A stretch of DNA of 34,455 bases from Macrostomum lignano. Taxonomy: Eukaryota. Within the stretch, counting starts at the first letter, position 1. The number at the start of each line of letters is the position of its first letter. The notes beneath the pieces are model-generated. The model saw nothing but the letters and a program-made list of their open reading frames with translations, made no database searches and was not told the DNA's origin. The stretch spans positions 1 through 34,455 of the forward strand of contig NIVC01004812.1 in the NCBI GenBank assembly GCA_002269645.1. Reading direction: 5' to 3'. A program made the position numbers and the translations under genes. Shown piece by piece: positions 31,741 through 34,455 of this stretch.

Positions 31741-34455
31741 ATTTTTATCTCTTCTTTTAAACCAAATGGATATGTTTTAATTTTATCATCTAAATATCTT
31801 TTATCATCAAATGGACTTAATGTTTTTTTATCTGTCTCGATGACAAACATCTGATGCTTATCTGAATTTAATCGATATTGTGGAGCATGATAATTTTCAA
31901 TTGTATTAAGGTAATCTAAAAGTACGTTTTTATAATCATCAAATGTTATCTTTTTAACTGCTGCCCTTGATACCCCTTTTATTTTTTTTACCTCTCCCTC
32001 CTGTCCTAAAACTTTAAATGCATAGCATTTGATCTTATTGCTATAAACTCGGTTATGATTTTGCTATTTAATTCATCTTTCATTTTAAGTACAACTTTTT
32101 TATTTTGATCTGATTTTAAAGGATGGTTATCCGGATAGTCGGAGGTATCCAATGTATCCTTAATTTTTTCCATATCTTTATAGACATCGAACCTTTGGTT
32201 CGCGGGCTTTGCCCGATCCTCTGTTTCAACCTTAAATACCAAACTGTCGGTGTCTGCATATATTGGATAGTTATCTGGCCATGTTTTATTTATAACATCA
32301 TAATAATATTCATACATTACCAGCTTTGCATAATCTAAAACAACCATTCCAATAAATATTGGTTTAAGAAATTTTGTTGTTTTATTTCTCATATGAATAC
32401 CCATAAAGTTATCATCAAATTTTATAAAGTCTTTAAAGTTAGGTTTTGAGAAATATTTCTTTGCTTTATCAATATCCTTTTCTAAATGGAATTGGGTTCT
32501 ATCTCTAATATTTTCAACCGTTTTTCCATAAAAAGCATTATTCATTAATTTCCAATAATCTTTCTCAAAATTTGTTTTTGACATCTGTCTCTGATTTGAA
32601 TTAAAATCAATATATTTAGCTAACCAATCTTCCTCAATAAACGATATTGTTCGATGTACTTTAGACACTTTTAATCCCTGCTTTTCATAAAATTGTAGAA
32701 GCTTATAATGCACTACATAGTTTTTCTTATCATGTAAATTTAATATTAATTTTTTGTTGCTAGATGTTTTGCATTATCTACTTTAAGATAATCTTTTTGT
32801 GTTTGTGATAAATCATCTTCATTAACTGAACAATGCTCTGGAGCTAAAGGATATTTATATGTTTTTGCTTTTGCTTCCCGAGTATATTGCAAATCCACCT
32901 CTACAATACAGCCCCTTCCTTCGGGAATATTTTTGTAATAATCGGGGTCATCTTCCCATTGGAAATCAGCTATTGGTAATTTTTGTTTCATACAACCACC
33001 GTATAAATTGTTTGCATCTAGATATAATACATATGATGATTTTTCTTTTTTATTATAATTTGGTAAGATATTTATTATTTACTTTAGTATATCTATCTCC
33101 TAGTACACCCGAGAATCCGCCGCGAATTCCTCTCTCAATCATTAACAACATATCATGATCAGTTAGTAAATCAATCTTAACATCTGTATGTTTCAAACCA
33201 CAAGCCCATGTTAATCCCGGTGCACTGAAACAATATGCGGGATCAATTTTAAAATTCTCATATGTATGATTCCTAAAGTTTTCAAATGCATCAGCTAATA
33301 GGAGAACATCTGCTTTAAGATATAGATTATGATAATCTTTAAATGTTTTACAATTAAAGTATTTCCATACTTTTTGAGCGTGTTCATAATCCGATTCACT
33401 TATATTTGATTGTGATAATGTGGAATAAAACTTTTCTATGGGCGGTAATTCGGTATGAAAAAATACGTCTTCAGATGTTACATATTCATATGGATAGATG
33501 CCCTTACGAGTTAATAGCATTAGTTCTTCCTCGGATAGTTTTTCTTTTTTGAAACGATTCAATAGTATTGGAAAGTTTTTCTTTACTATTTCTAAATCCC
33601 ATGGTTTGGAACTAATGATGAAACAACATTTGCAAAGATGTTGATAAGAATCTCAAGGAATCTAGAAAAACTAGATGGGAGTATTTCTTACCATATGTTA
33701 TTGATATGTAATTTTCTGATGTTTTAGGTAATATATTTATTTCATATTCATCCTTTCCTAAATGAAGCAATTCTCGAACTAAGAAATGAAAATCATATCC
33801 GGAACCATTATGAAAAAATACTGGTATTTCCTTACATCCTTTTCCTTCTTTGCATTACATGATCTACATGCTGCCCCTCGATAATTTCCTGTTAGATGAC
33901 AATGTTCTCGTATCTTATTATTCTTACTTAAATGTCTTTTGCACATAAAACAATTTGTTGCATTTTTATAATTGTCTCTATCCTTATTTGTCATATTAAT
34001 ATTTTTTGATAATTTATCATATTGATTTTGAATATATTCAAATACATTTACTAATGATTCTGCCATGTGCTTAGCTGCATCATTACCGTGGTAAGTAATC
34101 ATCCTTGATTTAAATATATGATCAGCTACAGAGTGTACATATATACAATAACTATCGGAAACTGTTGTGCCAATTTTTTTTGTGCATTCGTCCCGTAGGG
34201 TCGCGTGCTTTGCACGATCCCCATCATCAGATGCCGTCTGTGATTCTTTTAAGGGAACATTTGTTGCTTCAAAATCAGCATATATTACTATTGGTTTTTT
34301 AACTGCCATATAATGTTGTTGGAACTTTAGGGTTTGCATCTTCAGATGCTGGCATTATAGCATTAGTAAATTTGTGATCTAAACAAAATCGTTGGTGGTT
34401 TTAAGAGCTGTTTCATCCTTTTTTAAATGTAAAACAATTTCTACATAGTGGATAT
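31737..34455 (-). pseudogene. polB: Protein-primed family B DNA polymerase with endonuclease VII-like insert; about 10 single-base frameshifts; 5' end outside window
   Basis: ExoI PIVIYADFE; EHCHLTGNYRGAACRSCN; FHNGSGYDFH; GIYPYEY; YLKADVLLLADAFENFR; YLDANNLYG; KLMNNAFYGK; YADTDS; LSPFDDKRY. Confidence 0.92.

Larger units (their letters stand above)
21921..34219. repeat. Dispersed ~28-bp GC-rich double-hairpin elements within the Polinton
   Basis: Copies at 21923-21950, 29255-29278 (plus a third hairpin at 29238-29252), 31471-31498, 32188-32215 and 34189-34216; degenerate clusters at 24901-24978, ~30231-30240 and 18151-18170. Confidence 0.85.
17868..34455. mobile_element. Polinton/Maverick (adintovirus-like) endogenous virus; left terminus present, right end beyond window
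   Basis: AGTAGT terminus at 17868; integrase, double jelly-roll capsid, penton, packaging ATPase, adenain protease and protein-primed PolB; AT-rich, intron-poor, compact gene array. Confidence 0.93.

Overview
Animal (invertebrate; a flatworm-like host is only a guess) nuclear DNA in two parts. Left half (1-~15.9 kb): two spliced host genes reconstructed from splice sites, a CPEB2-4/Orb2-type RNA-binding protein (+, 4 coding exons, Q-rich N-terminus) and a secreted/GPI-type alpha carbonic anhydrase (-, 3 exons), among MITEs, tRNA-derived SINEs and satellites. Right half: a Chapaev/Transib-like DDE transposase ORF interrupted at 17868 by a Polinton/Maverick (adintovirus-like) endogenous virus that runs off the window. 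The virus carries major capsid, ATPase, penton, adenain protease, fibre, pPolB and integrase, and itself hosts nested hAT and MITE insertions. Top observation: a 333-nt ORF-less group I self-splicing intron (IC1-like; P1-P9 and P5abc can be paired by eye) at 21768-22100 (-). It splits the Ca-loop motif NFTG^PGT of a PLA2-integrase fusion gene and puts a stop codon right after exon 1, so the fusion protein needs splicing. A free-standing PD-(D/E)xK nuclease-like gene lies immediately upstream. The virus is also peppered with a family of ~28-bp double-hairpin insertions, two of which add 10 aa in frame to pPolB. All assignments come from motif recognition and manual base pairing; no searches were run.
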